From an uncultured bacterium (GTDB lineage: Bacteria; Krumholzibacteriota; Krumholzibacteriia; Krumholzibacteriales; CAZTHK01): a stretch of DNA of 64,000 bases. The DNA lies in the NCBI GenBank assembly GCA_964613215.1, contig CAZTHK010000014.1, forward strand, positions 23,216-87,215. Direction: 5' to 3'. The notes below the pieces were generated by a model. The model was not told the DNA's origin and did not search any database. It was given only the letters and a program-made list of their open reading frames with translations. The position numbers were made by a program, and so were the translations under genes. The first letter of the stretch is position 1. Each line of letters begins with the position of its first letter. This document shows positions 1 through 8,436 of the stretch, one piece after another.

Positions 1-2885
1 AGACTGAGAAGATTCTTAGCTTCAGGAGAATCTATTCCTATCAGTTTTTCCTTCAGCTGATCCACCCTGGCACGCTGATTCTTGATATCCTCCTCGGTCT
101 TCTGGGGATCGGATTTGATCTGCTGGACCAGGTCCCGGCCTACTTCCGGGGCCAGCTCATCCAGCAGTTCCATGGCGTAGCCCCTCTGCTTGTCCAGGGC
201 CAGACGCATTCCGAAACCGAATTCGGCCACATCCTCGAACAGGGAGTTGTTCCAGGCCACACCCCGGCCGTCCCTGTTCTTGGCCCAGGGGGTGGCGGGC
301 AGGTTGCCCCCGTATATGGAACTGCATCCGGTAGCGTTACCTATCAGGGCACGGTCTCCAAACAGCTGGGTGAGCAGCTTGACGTAGGGTGTTTCTCCGC
401 ATCCTGCACAGGCACCGCTGAATTCGAACAGAGGCTCCAGGAATTGGACTCCCCTGGTGCTGGTACGCTTGACCTTCTCCCTGTCGATATAGGGAATGGA
501 CTGGAAGAATTTCCAGTTCTCCTTCTCCTCTTCCCGGATGGGAGGCTGCGGTTCCATGTTTATTGCTTTCCTGTCAGGATTTTCCTTATCCACTCCGGGG
601 CAGTGCTTCACACACAGGCCGCACTGGGTGCAGTCCTCTGGTGATACCTGGACGGTGTATTTCATTCCCTTGAAATCCTTGCCCTTTGCACCGGTAGACT
701 TGAATGAACCGGGGGCGTCGGAAAGAATGTCCGGATCGTATACCTTTGACCTGATTACCGCGTGGGGGCAGATAAGTACACATCTGCCGCACTGGGTACA
801 GAGCTCAGGTTGCCATACCGGTATCTCCAGGGCTATGTTACGCTTTTCCCAGCAGGTGGTGCCGCTGGGGAAGGTACCGTCCGGATCGAATGCACTTACC
901 GGCAGATCATCACCCTCCTTGGCTATCATCCGGCCGATTACGTTGCGCACATATTCGGGAGCCTCATCCGGAACGGGGGGCAGCATCTCTTTATCGCTGG
1001 TTACATGATCGGGATAATCAATCTGATGAAGGTTCTCAGGAGCTTTGTCCACCGCCTGATAGTTCATATCCAGGATCTTTTCTCCCTTGCTGCCATATGC
1101 CTTCCGGATGAATTCCTTTATCCTGTCTATGGCTTCCTCCCTGGGGATGACATCACTGAGAATGAAGAAGCAGGTCTGCATGATGGTGTTGATTCTGGCT
1201 CCCAGCCCTATCTCCCTGGCGATCTTGTAAGCGTCGATTACGTAGAATTCGAGCTCCTTGTCGATGATCTGCTGCTGGACATGCCCGGGCAGCTGGTTCC
1301 AGGTTTCATCAGCCGGATACGGGCTGTTGAGCAGGAAGGTGCTCTTCGGTTCAGCAACCTTGAGGATATCGATCTTTTCCAGGAACTGGAACTGATGACA
1401 GCCGACAAAGTTAGCACTCTGCAGCTGATAGGGCGAGGGTATCGGATTGGGCCCGAAGCGAAGGTGGGAAACCGTCATGGAACCGGCTTTCCTGGAGTCG
1501 TAGACGAAGTATCCCTGGCTGTAGTTATCCGTCTCCTCACCGATAATCTTTATGGAGTTCTTGTTGGCACTGACAGTACCGTCGGAACCGAGACCATAGA
1601 ATATGGCCCGGGTTTGCTCCGGCTTGTCTATAATGTAACCGCGATCATAATCTATACTGGTTTTTGATACATCATCCTCTATCCCCACGGTGAAGTGGTT
1701 TTTGGGTTTTTCCTTCTTCATTTCGTCGAAAACGCTCTTGACCATGGCGGGGGTGAATTCCTTTGAGGAGAGTCCGTAACGTCCTCCCACCACTGCGGGA
1801 AACTCATCAAATTTACCATTACCGGAGGCCTTGTTCTCGAACAGGGCCGAGATAATATCCTCATACATAGGCTCGCCCAGGCTTCCCGGTTCCTTGGTCC
1901 GGTCCAGAGCACAGATGCTTTTTGCCGTGGAGGGCAGGGCGTCGATGAAGTGCCGGTTGGAGAAGGGACGGTACAGCCGGACCTTGATCAATCCCACCTT
2001 TTCTCCCTTTTCCACCAGATGATCAACCGTTTCGTGGACGGTTTCAGCACCGGAACCCATTATCACTATAACCCGGTCGGCATCCGGCGCTCCCTCATAC
2101 TGGAACAGTTCATACTTCCTTCCCACTACCTTTTCGAATCTCTTCATCACCTCTTCGACTATACCGGGACATTTCTGATAGAAGGGATTTATTGTTTCCC
2201 TGGCCTGGAAGAATGTATCGGGATTCTGAGCGGTTCCCCTTATTACCGGCCGGTCGGGGGTAAGAGCTCGATCGCGGTGGGCCAGAATGAAATCATCATT
2301 GATCATGGCCTTGAAATCTTCATCATCCAGCAGCTCCACCTTGGCGATCTCGTGGGAGGTGCGGAAACCATCGAAGAAATGCAGGAAGGGCACCCGTGAT
2401 TCCAGGCTGGCAGCTCCCGATATGAGTGCCAGATCCATGGCTTCCTGGACCGAACACGAAGAGACCAGACCGAATCCGGTGGTTCTGACAGCCATAACAT
2501 CACTGTGGTCGCCGAATATGGAAAGGGCATGAGTGGCCACTGTACGGGCGGAGACATTGAACAGGGCGGGAGTAAGCTCTCCCGCTATCTTGAACATGTT
2601 TGGTACCATCAACAGGAGTCCCTGGGAGGCGGTAAATGTGGTGGTAAGCCCGCCCCTCTGAACCGAGCCGTGCACCGCTCCGGCAGCTCCCGCTTCGCTC
2701 TGCATCTCGGTGACCGAGGGCACGGTACCCCATATATTGGTCCGGCCTTCAGCAGACCACTTATCCGCCAGCTCACCCATTGGCGATGATGGAGTAATCG
2801 GGTAAATAGCAACCACTTCACTGATCTTATGGGCTGAATATGCAGTAGCCTCATTCCCATCAATGGTAACCTTTTTCCTTGTCAT
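1..2885 (-). CDS. nifJ: pyruvate:ferredoxin (flavodoxin) oxidoreductase, single-polypeptide NifJ/PFOR type; the C-terminal part runs off the window
   Basis: My own minus-strand translation from the ATG at 2885 gives MTRKKVTIDGNEATAYSAHKISEVVAIYPITPSSPMGE... and stays open to position 1. A GGAGGAAGAGG run lies just upstream, and there is an in-frame alternative ATG at 2900. The product contains two 4Fe-4S ferredoxin motifs, CTQCGRCVLICP (about 752-803) and CTQCGLCVKHCP (about 596-640), plus the TPP-domain GACAGCGETPY. It is missing from the ORF track because there is no stop codon inside the window. Every listed ORF in 1-2900 is in another frame. Confidence 0.9.
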   Translation of the reverse strand, partial: MTRKKVTIDGNEATAYSAHKISEVVAIYPITPSSPMGELADKWSAEGRTNIWGTVPSVTEMQSEAGAAGAVHGSVQRGGLTTTFTASQGLLLMVPNMFKIAGELTPALFNVSARTVATHALSIFGDHSDVMAVRTTGFGLVSSCSVQEAMDLALISGAASLESRVPFLHFFDGFRTSHEIAKVELLDDEDFKAMINDDFILAHRDRALTPDRPVIRGTAQNPDTFFQARETINPFYQKCPGIVEEVMKRFEKVVGRKYELFQYEGAPDADRVIVIMGSGAETVHETVDHLVEKGEKVGLIKVRLYRPFSNRHFIDALPSTAKSICALDRTKEPGSLGEPMYEDIISALFENKASGNGKFDEFPAVVGGRYGLSSKEFTPAMVKSVFDEMKKEKPKNHFTVGIEDDVSKTSIDYDRGYIIDKPEQTRAIFYGLGSDGTVSANKNSIKIIGEETDNYSQGYFVYDSRKAGSMTVSHLRFGPNPIPSPYQLQSANFVGCHQFQFLEKIDILKVAEPKSTFLLNSPYPADETWNQLPGHVQQQIIDKELEFYVIDAYKIAREIGLGARINTIMQTCFFILSDVIPREEAIDRIKEFIRKAYGSKGEKILDMNYQAVDKAPENLHQIDYPDHVTSDKEMLPPVPDEAPEYVRNVIGRMIAKEGDDLPVSAFDPDGTFPSGTTCWEKRNIALEIPVWQPELCTQCGRCVLICPHAVIRSKVYDPDILSDAPGSFKSTGAKGKDFKGMKYTVQVSPEDCTQCGLCVKHCPGVDKENPDRKAINMEPQPPIREEEKENWKFFQSIPYIDREKVKRTSTRGVQFLEPLFEFSGACAGCGETPYVKLLTQLFGDRALIGNATGCSSIYGGNLPATPWAKNRDGRGVAWNNSLFEDVAEFGFGMRLALDKQRGYAMELLDELAPEVGRDLVQQIKSDPQKTEEDIKNQRARVDQLKEKLIGIDSPEAKNLLS

Positions 2886-2960
2886 AACCTCTTCCTCCAT
2901 TAATCTTGATTGACAAAAAAACATTATTATACTGTTTATTGCGGCTGCAGTGTATACTAA

Positions 2961-3033
2961 ATTAACATTTATAATTTAAATGTCGAGCAAAAAAGTCCAG
3001 CTGGTTGACAATTAACATTTATTTAACTAATGT
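2961..3033. promoter_or_regulatory. two copies of ATTAACATTTAT-N6-AATGT, each containing the inverted repeat ACATT-N9-AATGT, spaced exactly 50 bp apart in the nifJ / glmM divergent intergenic region; candidate operator pair
   Basis: The exact 12-mer ATTAACATTTAT occurs at 2961-2972 and 3011-3022. AATGT follows at the same offset in both copies (2979-2983 and 3029-3033). The first copy forms the longer palindrome ACATTTA-TAATT-TAAATGT (2965-2983). The second copy overlaps the putative glmM promoter. Confidence 0.4.
3005..3033 (+). promoter_or_regulatory. putative sigma-70 promoter of the glmM-glmS-ridA operon
   Basis: TTGACA (3005-3010), a 17-nt spacer, then TAATGT (3028-3033), about 50 nt upstream of the glmM-like start. 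Confidence 0.4.
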
Positions 3034-3086
3034 AAGGTTCTGAAAGGTAATATCTGGTTTTTCGTTTGAATAAAGGGGCCCGGCTG

Positions 3087-4436
3087 ATGACTGATTCTCT
3101 GATGATGAGTGTTTCCGGAGTGAGGGGGCTGGTAGGCGGGGATATGAATCCGGAGGTGGCTGCCCGTTTCTCCGCAGCTTTTGCCGGCACTATGGAGGGG
3201 GGATGCGTAGTGGTGGGAAGGGATACCCGTCCATCAGGAATCTACCTCTCCAGGGCGGTTATAACAGCTCTGCAGTTCTGCGGTTTCGATGTTATCGATC
3301 TGGGGATTGCAGCTACACCGACGGTGGAGATAATGGTAAGGGAGAGGGAGGCTTCGGGCGGGGTCATAGTTACCGCCAGCCATAACGGGCCCGAATGGAA
3401 TGCCCTCAAGCTGCTGAATGAAGGGGGGGAATTTCTGGACAGTAATACCATGAACACGGTGATAGAGAGAGCTACCGGTGGGGAAAGTCTGTTTGTGGAT
3501 ACCGGCAGGTACGGGGGGGCGGAAACAGACCCCGGCGGTGACCGGATTCACATTGGAAGGATAGTGAAACAGGAGATTATTGACCCTGAGGCAATAAAGG
3601 CAGCCGGTTTCCGGGTGGTGGTGGATTGTGTAAATGGGGCCGGCAGCAAAATAGCTCCCGCACTGCTGAGGGAACTGGGAGTGGAGGTGGTGGAGCTTTT
3701 CACCGATTTCGATTCGCCCTTTCCCCACGTTCCCGAACCCCGGCCGGAGAATCTTTACGATATCTCGGCTGCGGTGGTAAAACATTCCGCCCATCTGGGA
3801 TTTGCCTGCGACCCCGATGCCGACCGTCTGGTGCTGGTGGATGAGAGGGGGGAGGTATGCAGCGAAGAGCTTACCCTGGCTCTGGCTGCAGAGTGTGTGC
3901 TCAGAAGGAAGAAGGGACCGGTGGTGGCAAATTTATCATCCAGCAGATATATCGATCATATTGCAGAAAAGCACGGGGTGGAGGTATACCGCTCCAAGGT
4001 GGGAGAGGCCAATGTCACCGCCATGATGAAGGAGGTAGGTGCGGTGGTGGGTGGAGAGGGTAACGGAGGAGTAATATATCCTCCTTTTCATTACGGCAGG
4101 GATGCCATGACCGGGATGGCCCTGATACTTCAGCTGCTTGCTGGTGAGAAGGCATCCCTCAGAGGGATGGTCTCCAGCATGCCCCCTTACAGTATTGTGA
4201 AGACCAAGATAACCTTTGAACAGGATCTCACCGGATATTACCATATATTAAAAAAATCATTTTCCGGGAGGGTAATCGACCTGGATGGAATAAGAATTGA
4301 TATGGAAGAAGGGTGGGTCCATATCCGGGAATCCAATACTGAGCCGGTGGTAAGGATTATTGCCGAATCCGAAAGGGAGGAGGAGGCCCGGGATATGGTA
4401 GAGAGGGCTGAACAGCTGTTGACCGGTGGTGAATAA
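3087..4436 (+). CDS. glmM: phosphoglucosamine mutase-like enzyme of the alpha-D-phosphohexomutase (PGM/PMM) superfamily
   Basis: The product has an active-site Ser loop TASHNGPEWN, a metal loop FACDPDADRL and a sugar loop GGEGNGG. It sits immediately upstream of glmS. The ORF is open from the TTG at 3066; the ATG at 3087 is preferred (MTDSLMMSVSGVRG). Confidence 0.8.
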   Translation: MTDSLMMSVSGVRGLVGGDMNPEVAARFSAAFAGTMEGGCVVVGRDTRPSGIYLSRAVITALQFCGFDVIDLGIAATPTVEIMVREREASGGVIVTASHNGPEWNALKLLNEGGEFLDSNTMNTVIERATGGESLFVDTGRYGGAETDPGGDRIHIGRIVKQEIIDPEAIKAAGFRVVVDCVNGAGSKIAPALLRELGVEVVELFTDFDSPFPHVPEPRPENLYDISAAVVKHSAHLGFACDPDADRLVLVDERGEVCSEELTLALAAECVLRRKKGPVVANLSSSRYIDHIAEKHGVEVYRSKVGEANVTAMMKEVGAVVGGEGNGGVIYPPFHYGRDAMTGMALILQLLAGEKASLRGMVSSMPPYSIVKTKITFEQDLTGYYHILKKSFSGRVIDLDGIRIDMEEGWVHIRESNTEPVVRIIAESEREEEARDMVERAEQLLTGGE

Positions 4437-4453
4437 ATAATAGAGGAGTTCTA

Positions 4454-6286
4454 ATGTGTGGTATAATCGGATATATCGGAAAAAGTAATAATGTAGGGAA
4501 TATATTGATAGAGGGGCTCAAGAGGCTGGAATACAGGGGATACGACTCGGCAGGAATATCCATCGTTCGTGATGGTAAAATGGTTTGGGAGAAGAATGCC
4601 GGTAAGATAGCCGCTCTGGAACAGAAACTTATTGACCGTGATATTTCCGGAAAATTGGGAATCGCCCATACCAGGTGGGCCACCCACGGAGAACCAACCC
4701 GGACCAACGCCCATCCCCACTTCGACTGTAAAGGCGGAATAGCCCTGGTCCATAACGGTATTATCGAAAACTACCAGACATTGAAAAAGTCACTTATCTC
4801 GGAGGGACATAAGTTTGTCACCGATACGGATACAGAGGTGCTGGCGCACCTGATCGAAAGGTATTATCACGGTGATGATCTCGAATATGCTGTTCAGGAA
4901 GCGCTCAAGATGGTTGACGGCACCTACGGCCTGCTGGTGGTATCGGTTTCGGAACCGGACAAGATTGTGGGAGCCCGCAACGGTTCCCCTGTGGTAGTGG
5001 GAGTGGGGGCGGGGGAATACTTCATAGCCAGTGATGTGGCGGCGATTCTTAAGCATACCGACCGGGTTATCTATCTGGAAGACCAGCAGATGATAGTTGC
5101 CAACAGGGATAATTTTGAGACCATGACCATAGAGAATGAATCGGTGGTTCATAATATTCAGAAGATCGACTGGGATCTGGAAATGATAGAGAAGAGCGGT
5201 TTTCCTCATTTCATGCTCAAGGAGATATTCGAACAGCCCGAGACGATCAAGAATGCCATGAGGGGCAGGTTGATAAGGGGAACCGGTGAAGCCAAGCTGG
5301 GCGGGATTACCATGGCCGAAGATGAACTGAGAGATATCAGAAGGATTATTCTGATAGGTTGCGGAACCAGCTGGCATGCCGCCCTGATTGGCGAATATAT
5401 GCTGGAGGAGAAGTGCAGGATACCGGTGGAGGTGGAGTATGCCAGCGAGTTTCGTTACCGGAATCCCATCATGGAGGATGGGACCCTGGTATTTGCCATA
5501 AGCCAGTCGGGTGAAACGGTGGATACTCTGGCTGCCCTGCGGGAGGCGGAAAATCGCAGCGCCCGCTGTATGGGGATCTGTAATGTGGTGGGAAGCACCA
5601 TCGCCCGTGAATCCCACGGTGGTGTATATATACACGCCGGACCGGAAATAGGGGTTGCCTCTACCAAGGCTTTTACCTCTCAGATAACCGTCCTCAGCCT
5701 GCTGGCGTTGAAGCTGGGAAGGATGAGAAACATATCCAGTGCCGAGGGTAAGGGGATAGTGGAAGCGCTGGAGAAGATACCTTCGCAGGCTTCTAACATT
5801 CTGGATGGAGACGGAGAGATCAAGGAGATAGCCAACAAGTACTGCCAGCATAATAATTTCCTCTACCTGGGAAGGGGGGCCAATTACCCCGTAGCCCTGG
5901 AGGGAGCCCTGAAACTGAAGGAGATCTCATACGTTCATGCGGAAGGTTATCCCGCCGCCGAGATGAAACACGGGCCCATCGCCCTGATAGATGACAGTAT
6001 GCCGGTGGTGTTCATATGTCCCCGGGACAGTGCCTATCAGAAGATAGTGGGTAACATAGCGGAGGTTAGAGCCAGAAAGGGAAAGATCATCGCGGTAACC
6101 GACGAAGGGAATGATGAGATGGCGGATATGGCCGATCACGTTATTTATATTCCCAAGACCCTCGATTTTCTGTATCCCCTGCTGGCGGTAATACCACTTC
6201 AGTTGATTGCATATCATATTGCGGTATTGAGGGGTTGTGACGTGGATCAGCCCAGGAATCTGGCCAAGAGTGTTACGGTTGAGTAG
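4454..6286 (+). CDS. glmS: glutamine--fructose-6-phosphate aminotransferase (isomerizing)
   Basis: It has the N-terminal nucleophile MCGIIGYIG, two SIS domains, a C-terminal ...AKSVTVE and a 610-aa length, all typical of GlmS. Confidence 0.97.
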   Translation: MCGIIGYIGKSNNVGNILIEGLKRLEYRGYDSAGISIVRDGKMVWEKNAGKIAALEQKLIDRDISGKLGIAHTRWATHGEPTRTNAHPHFDCKGGIALVHNGIIENYQTLKKSLISEGHKFVTDTDTEVLAHLIERYYHGDDLEYAVQEALKMVDGTYGLLVVSVSEPDKIVGARNGSPVVVGVGAGEYFIASDVAAILKHTDRVIYLEDQQMIVANRDNFETMTIENESVVHNIQKIDWDLEMIEKSGFPHFMLKEIFEQPETIKNAMRGRLIRGTGEAKLGGITMAEDELRDIRRIILIGCGTSWHAALIGEYMLEEKCRIPVEVEYASEFRYRNPIMEDGTLVFAISQSGETVDTLAALREAENRSARCMGICNVVGSTIARESHGGVYIHAGPEIGVASTKAFTSQITVLSLLALKLGRMRNISSAEGKGIVEALEKIPSQASNILDGDGEIKEIANKYCQHNNFLYLGRGANYPVALEGALKLKEISYVHAEGYPAAEMKHGPIALIDDSMPVVFICPRDSAYQKIVGNIAEVRARKGKIIAVTDEGNDEMADMADHVIYIPKTLDFLYPLLAVIPLQLIAYHIAVLRGCDVDQPRNLAKSVTVE

Positions 6287-6327
6287 AATAAAGCGGATCC
6301 CCGGATGGGGGAAAGAAGGAGGAATAT

Positions 6328-6711
6328 ATGAAGGAGGTTATCAGTACAGGGTCGGCTCCATCAGCAATCGGAGCATACAGCCAGGCTGTCCGGGCGGGTG
6401 AATTTCTGTTTATATCGGGACAACTGGGTATTGACCCTTCCACCGGTGAGATGGCTGGGGAGGGGATAGGTGATCAGGTGAGGAGGGCCCTGCTTAACAT
6501 AGAGGCAATTCTGGAGGAGGGGGGCGCCTCCATGGAGGCGCTGGTTAAGACTACCGTGCTCCTCAAGTCGATTGATGATTTCAAGGTTGCCAACGAGGTA
6601 TACGGAGAGTTTTTTGAACAGGATCCCCCCGCCCGGGCGGCATTCCAGGCAGCCGGACTGCCCCTGGATGCCCTGGTGGAGATAGAAGCTATCGCCCACC
6701 TGGGTGGATAA
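6328..6711 (+). CDS. ridA: RidA/YjgF family reactive-intermediate deaminase
   Basis: 127 aa, with APSAIGAYSQAV...FISGQLGIDP...EIEAIA typical of the family. Confidence 0.9.
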   Translation: MKEVISTGSAPSAIGAYSQAVRAGEFLFISGQLGIDPSTGEMAGEGIGDQVRRALLNIEAILEEGGASMEALVKTTVLLKSIDDFKVANEVYGEFFEQDPPARAAFQAAGLPLDALVEIEAIAHLGG

Positions 6712-6732
6712 CCCTGTCAGAGTGATCCATTG

Positions 6733-6830
6733 CGGGAATGGATGGGTTCTGGTGGACCCCGGGGACTTCAAATCCCTCTGCCGGATGCTGAAACCATCCG
6801 GGGTGGGTTCGATTCCCACACATTCCCGCC
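6733..6830 (+). tRNA. selC: tRNA-Sec (anticodon UCA), selC
   Basis: 98 nt. The acceptor pairs GGGAATG(G) with (A)CATTCCC, followed by discriminator G and an encoded CCA. The D-stem is 6 bp (GGGTTC/GGACCC) with a 4-nt loop TGGT. The anticodon loop is CTTCAAA. The long variable arm has a perfect 7-bp stem CCGGATG/CATCCGG. The T-arm is GTGGG-TTCGATT-CCCAC. Confidence 0.85.
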
Positions 6831-6947
6831 AGTTATTTGTTACGGGCTGATCAGAAAGAGGCTTTTTACTATCATGAGGTCAGGTTGGTGAAGGGGAGAA
6901 ATTATTCTAAAATTCCAGAAATCGCCTTCAGGACAGGGCTGTTTTTT

Positions 6948-7562
6948 ATGCTGGTGGCGGGGGTGGTGATTGCAGGGGGGAATGCCTCCGCCTGGTATAA
7001 CGGTATCGATTCAACCCGGGCGGGAAGGGAGGAGGGCAGGGATACTCTGGCCGCCCCCTCTGCAGACAACCTGGTATCGCCCGGTCAGGAACTGGGGGTG
7101 AGTGAACTCAAGAATATACTTACCGATCAGACCGGAGGAATTCCGGAAACTCGGAGGAACTGGCACAACAGCAAGAATGCCAGGGTGGCCATGCTCTGTA
7201 CCCTGTTGTTTCCCGGACTGGGCCAGATGTATAATGAGCGCCCGGTGAAAGCGGTGATAGCCTGCGGACTGGAGGTTTTCTACCTCCACCAGATACTCCG
7301 TAACCGCAGGCTTGCCATCAGGGAGAGGAAGGTGCGGGACAGCTACGACAAAAGCGCCCAACCCTACAGGTGGAGTGAACATGACTGGTGGTACAATGAG
7401 TACAGGGAGAGATCGATCGACTGGGTATGGTGGTCATCCGGGCTGATGGTGGCACTGTTGATAGATTCCTATGTAGATGCCAAGCTTCATGATATGAATT
7501 TCAGCATCGAGAAATATTCCTCCGGGGGGGGTGGAGGAATCAGTTTGTCCTTTGATTTCTGA
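6948..7562 (+). CDS. membrane protein with a DUF5683-like motif (LFPGLGQMYNERPVKA)
   Basis: The ORF is open from the TTG at 6837, directly abutting selC. The first in-frame ATG is at 6948 (MLVAGVVIAGG...). It has hydrophobic segments and the PGLGQ.YN motif that I recall from DUF5683 proteins. The start is uncertain. Confidence 0.6.
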   Translation: MLVAGVVIAGGNASAWYNGIDSTRAGREEGRDTLAAPSADNLVSPGQELGVSELKNILTDQTGGIPETRRNWHNSKNARVAMLCTLLFPGLGQMYNERPVKAVIACGLEVFYLHQILRNRRLAIRERKVRDSYDKSAQPYRWSEHDWWYNEYRERSIDWVWWSSGLMVALLIDSYVDAKLHDMNFSIEKYSSGGGGGISLSFDF

Positions 7563-7673
7563 TTAGTTATGTGCTGCCCGGCCAGTAGAGTTGTAATGAG
7601 TATGATGGATGTTTTTTTGAAACTTGTTATTGTAATATTAGTAATTGATGACTGATTCAGCAGGGAGACAGAT

Positions 7674-8285
7674 ATGACCAAGGGGAAAAAGGGTAAGATG
7701 GAGAAATCAAAGTTAAGGGAATATGCTGAGATAATTGTTACCTCGGTGGTACTGGCACTGATTGTGCGGGCACTGCTTATTCAGAGCTATCATATTCCAT
7801 CGGAGTCGATGAAGGATACCCTGTTGAAGGGTGATTTTCTCTTTGCCAATAAGTTCATCTACGGAGCCAAGATACCCTTTATTGATGCCCGCATGCCCAG
7901 GGTGAGGGATCCAAAACCGGGGGATGTGGTTATATTCAAGTTTCCCGGTGACGGCGAGACCGACTATATCAAAAGGTGTGTGGCAGTGGAGGGGCAATCG
8001 GTTGAGCTTAAGGGGAAGAACCTCTACGTGGATGGTAAGAAGGTGGAAGAGGATTACGCAAAATATGTAGGCGGAAATAATAAAATGCGTGATTTCGGGC
8101 CGGTGGTGGTACCGGAGAGTCATATATTCGTGCTGGGTGATAACCGGGACAGGAGTTATGATTCCAGATACTGGGGACCCCTGGATATGAAGTACATCCG
8201 GGGAAAGGCAATGTTTCTCTATTTTTCTGTTGATTATGACAGACACTGGTTGCGATTTGGAAGAATCGGCGATCTGATAAGATAA
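7674..8285 (+). CDS. lepB: signal peptidase I
   Basis: It has an N-terminal TM segment, the catalytic Ser region IPSESMKDTL, and GDNRDRSYDSRYWGP. Confidence 0.95.
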   Translation: MTKGKKGKMEKSKLREYAEIIVTSVVLALIVRALLIQSYHIPSESMKDTLLKGDFLFANKFIYGAKIPFIDARMPRVRDPKPGDVVIFKFPGDGETDYIKRCVAVEGQSVELKGKNLYVDGKKVEEDYAKYVGGNNKMRDFGPVVVPESHIFVLGDNRDRSYDSRYWGPLDMKYIRGKAMFLYFSVDYDRHWLRFGRIGDLIR

Positions 8286-8367
8286 ACTGCCCTGCTCCGG
8301 GTGTCTTTATCCCGGTGATATTCTTTCAGGGGGCATCCTATTTGCATGTAAAAATATCCGGCTATTC

Positions 8368-8396
8368 TTGACATTTGTTCTGTGAATATCTAAATT
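8368..8396 (+). promoter_or_regulatory. putative sigma-70 promoter of the hrcA-grpE-dnaK-dnaJ operon
   Basis: TTGACA (8368-8373), a 17-nt spacer, then TAAATT (8391-8396). Confidence 0.5.
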
Positions 8397-8407
8397 TCAG
8401 CGAGGAT

Positions 8408-8434
8408 ATAGCAGACCTCAGCGTTGAGTGCCAA
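8408..8434 (+). promoter_or_regulatory. degenerate CIRCE-like inverted repeat (candidate HrcA operator)
   Basis: The sequence is aTAGCAgaC-N9-GAGTGCcAA, against the CIRCE consensus TTAGCACTC-N9-GAGTGCTAA (left half 6/9, right half 8/9, correct 9-nt spacer). It lies between the putative -10 element and the hrcA start. Confidence 0.35.
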
Positions 8435-8436
8435 AT

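Noticed and set aside
762-1667. A 301-aa + strand ORF, plus other short ORFs within 190-2863.
   Set aside because: All lie antisense to, or out of frame with, the continuous minus-strand PFOR reading frame. Their compositions are low-complexity and they carry no recognisable motifs.
4437-4453. A possible glmS ribozyme upstream of glmS.
   Set aside because: Only 17 nt separate glmM from glmS, and the glmM leader is about 50 nt. There is no room for the ribozyme of about 170 nt, and none of its conserved core is visible.
4790-5851. A 353-aa minus-strand ORF.
   Set aside because: It is antisense to glmS, whose identity is unambiguous. This is a typical shadow ORF.
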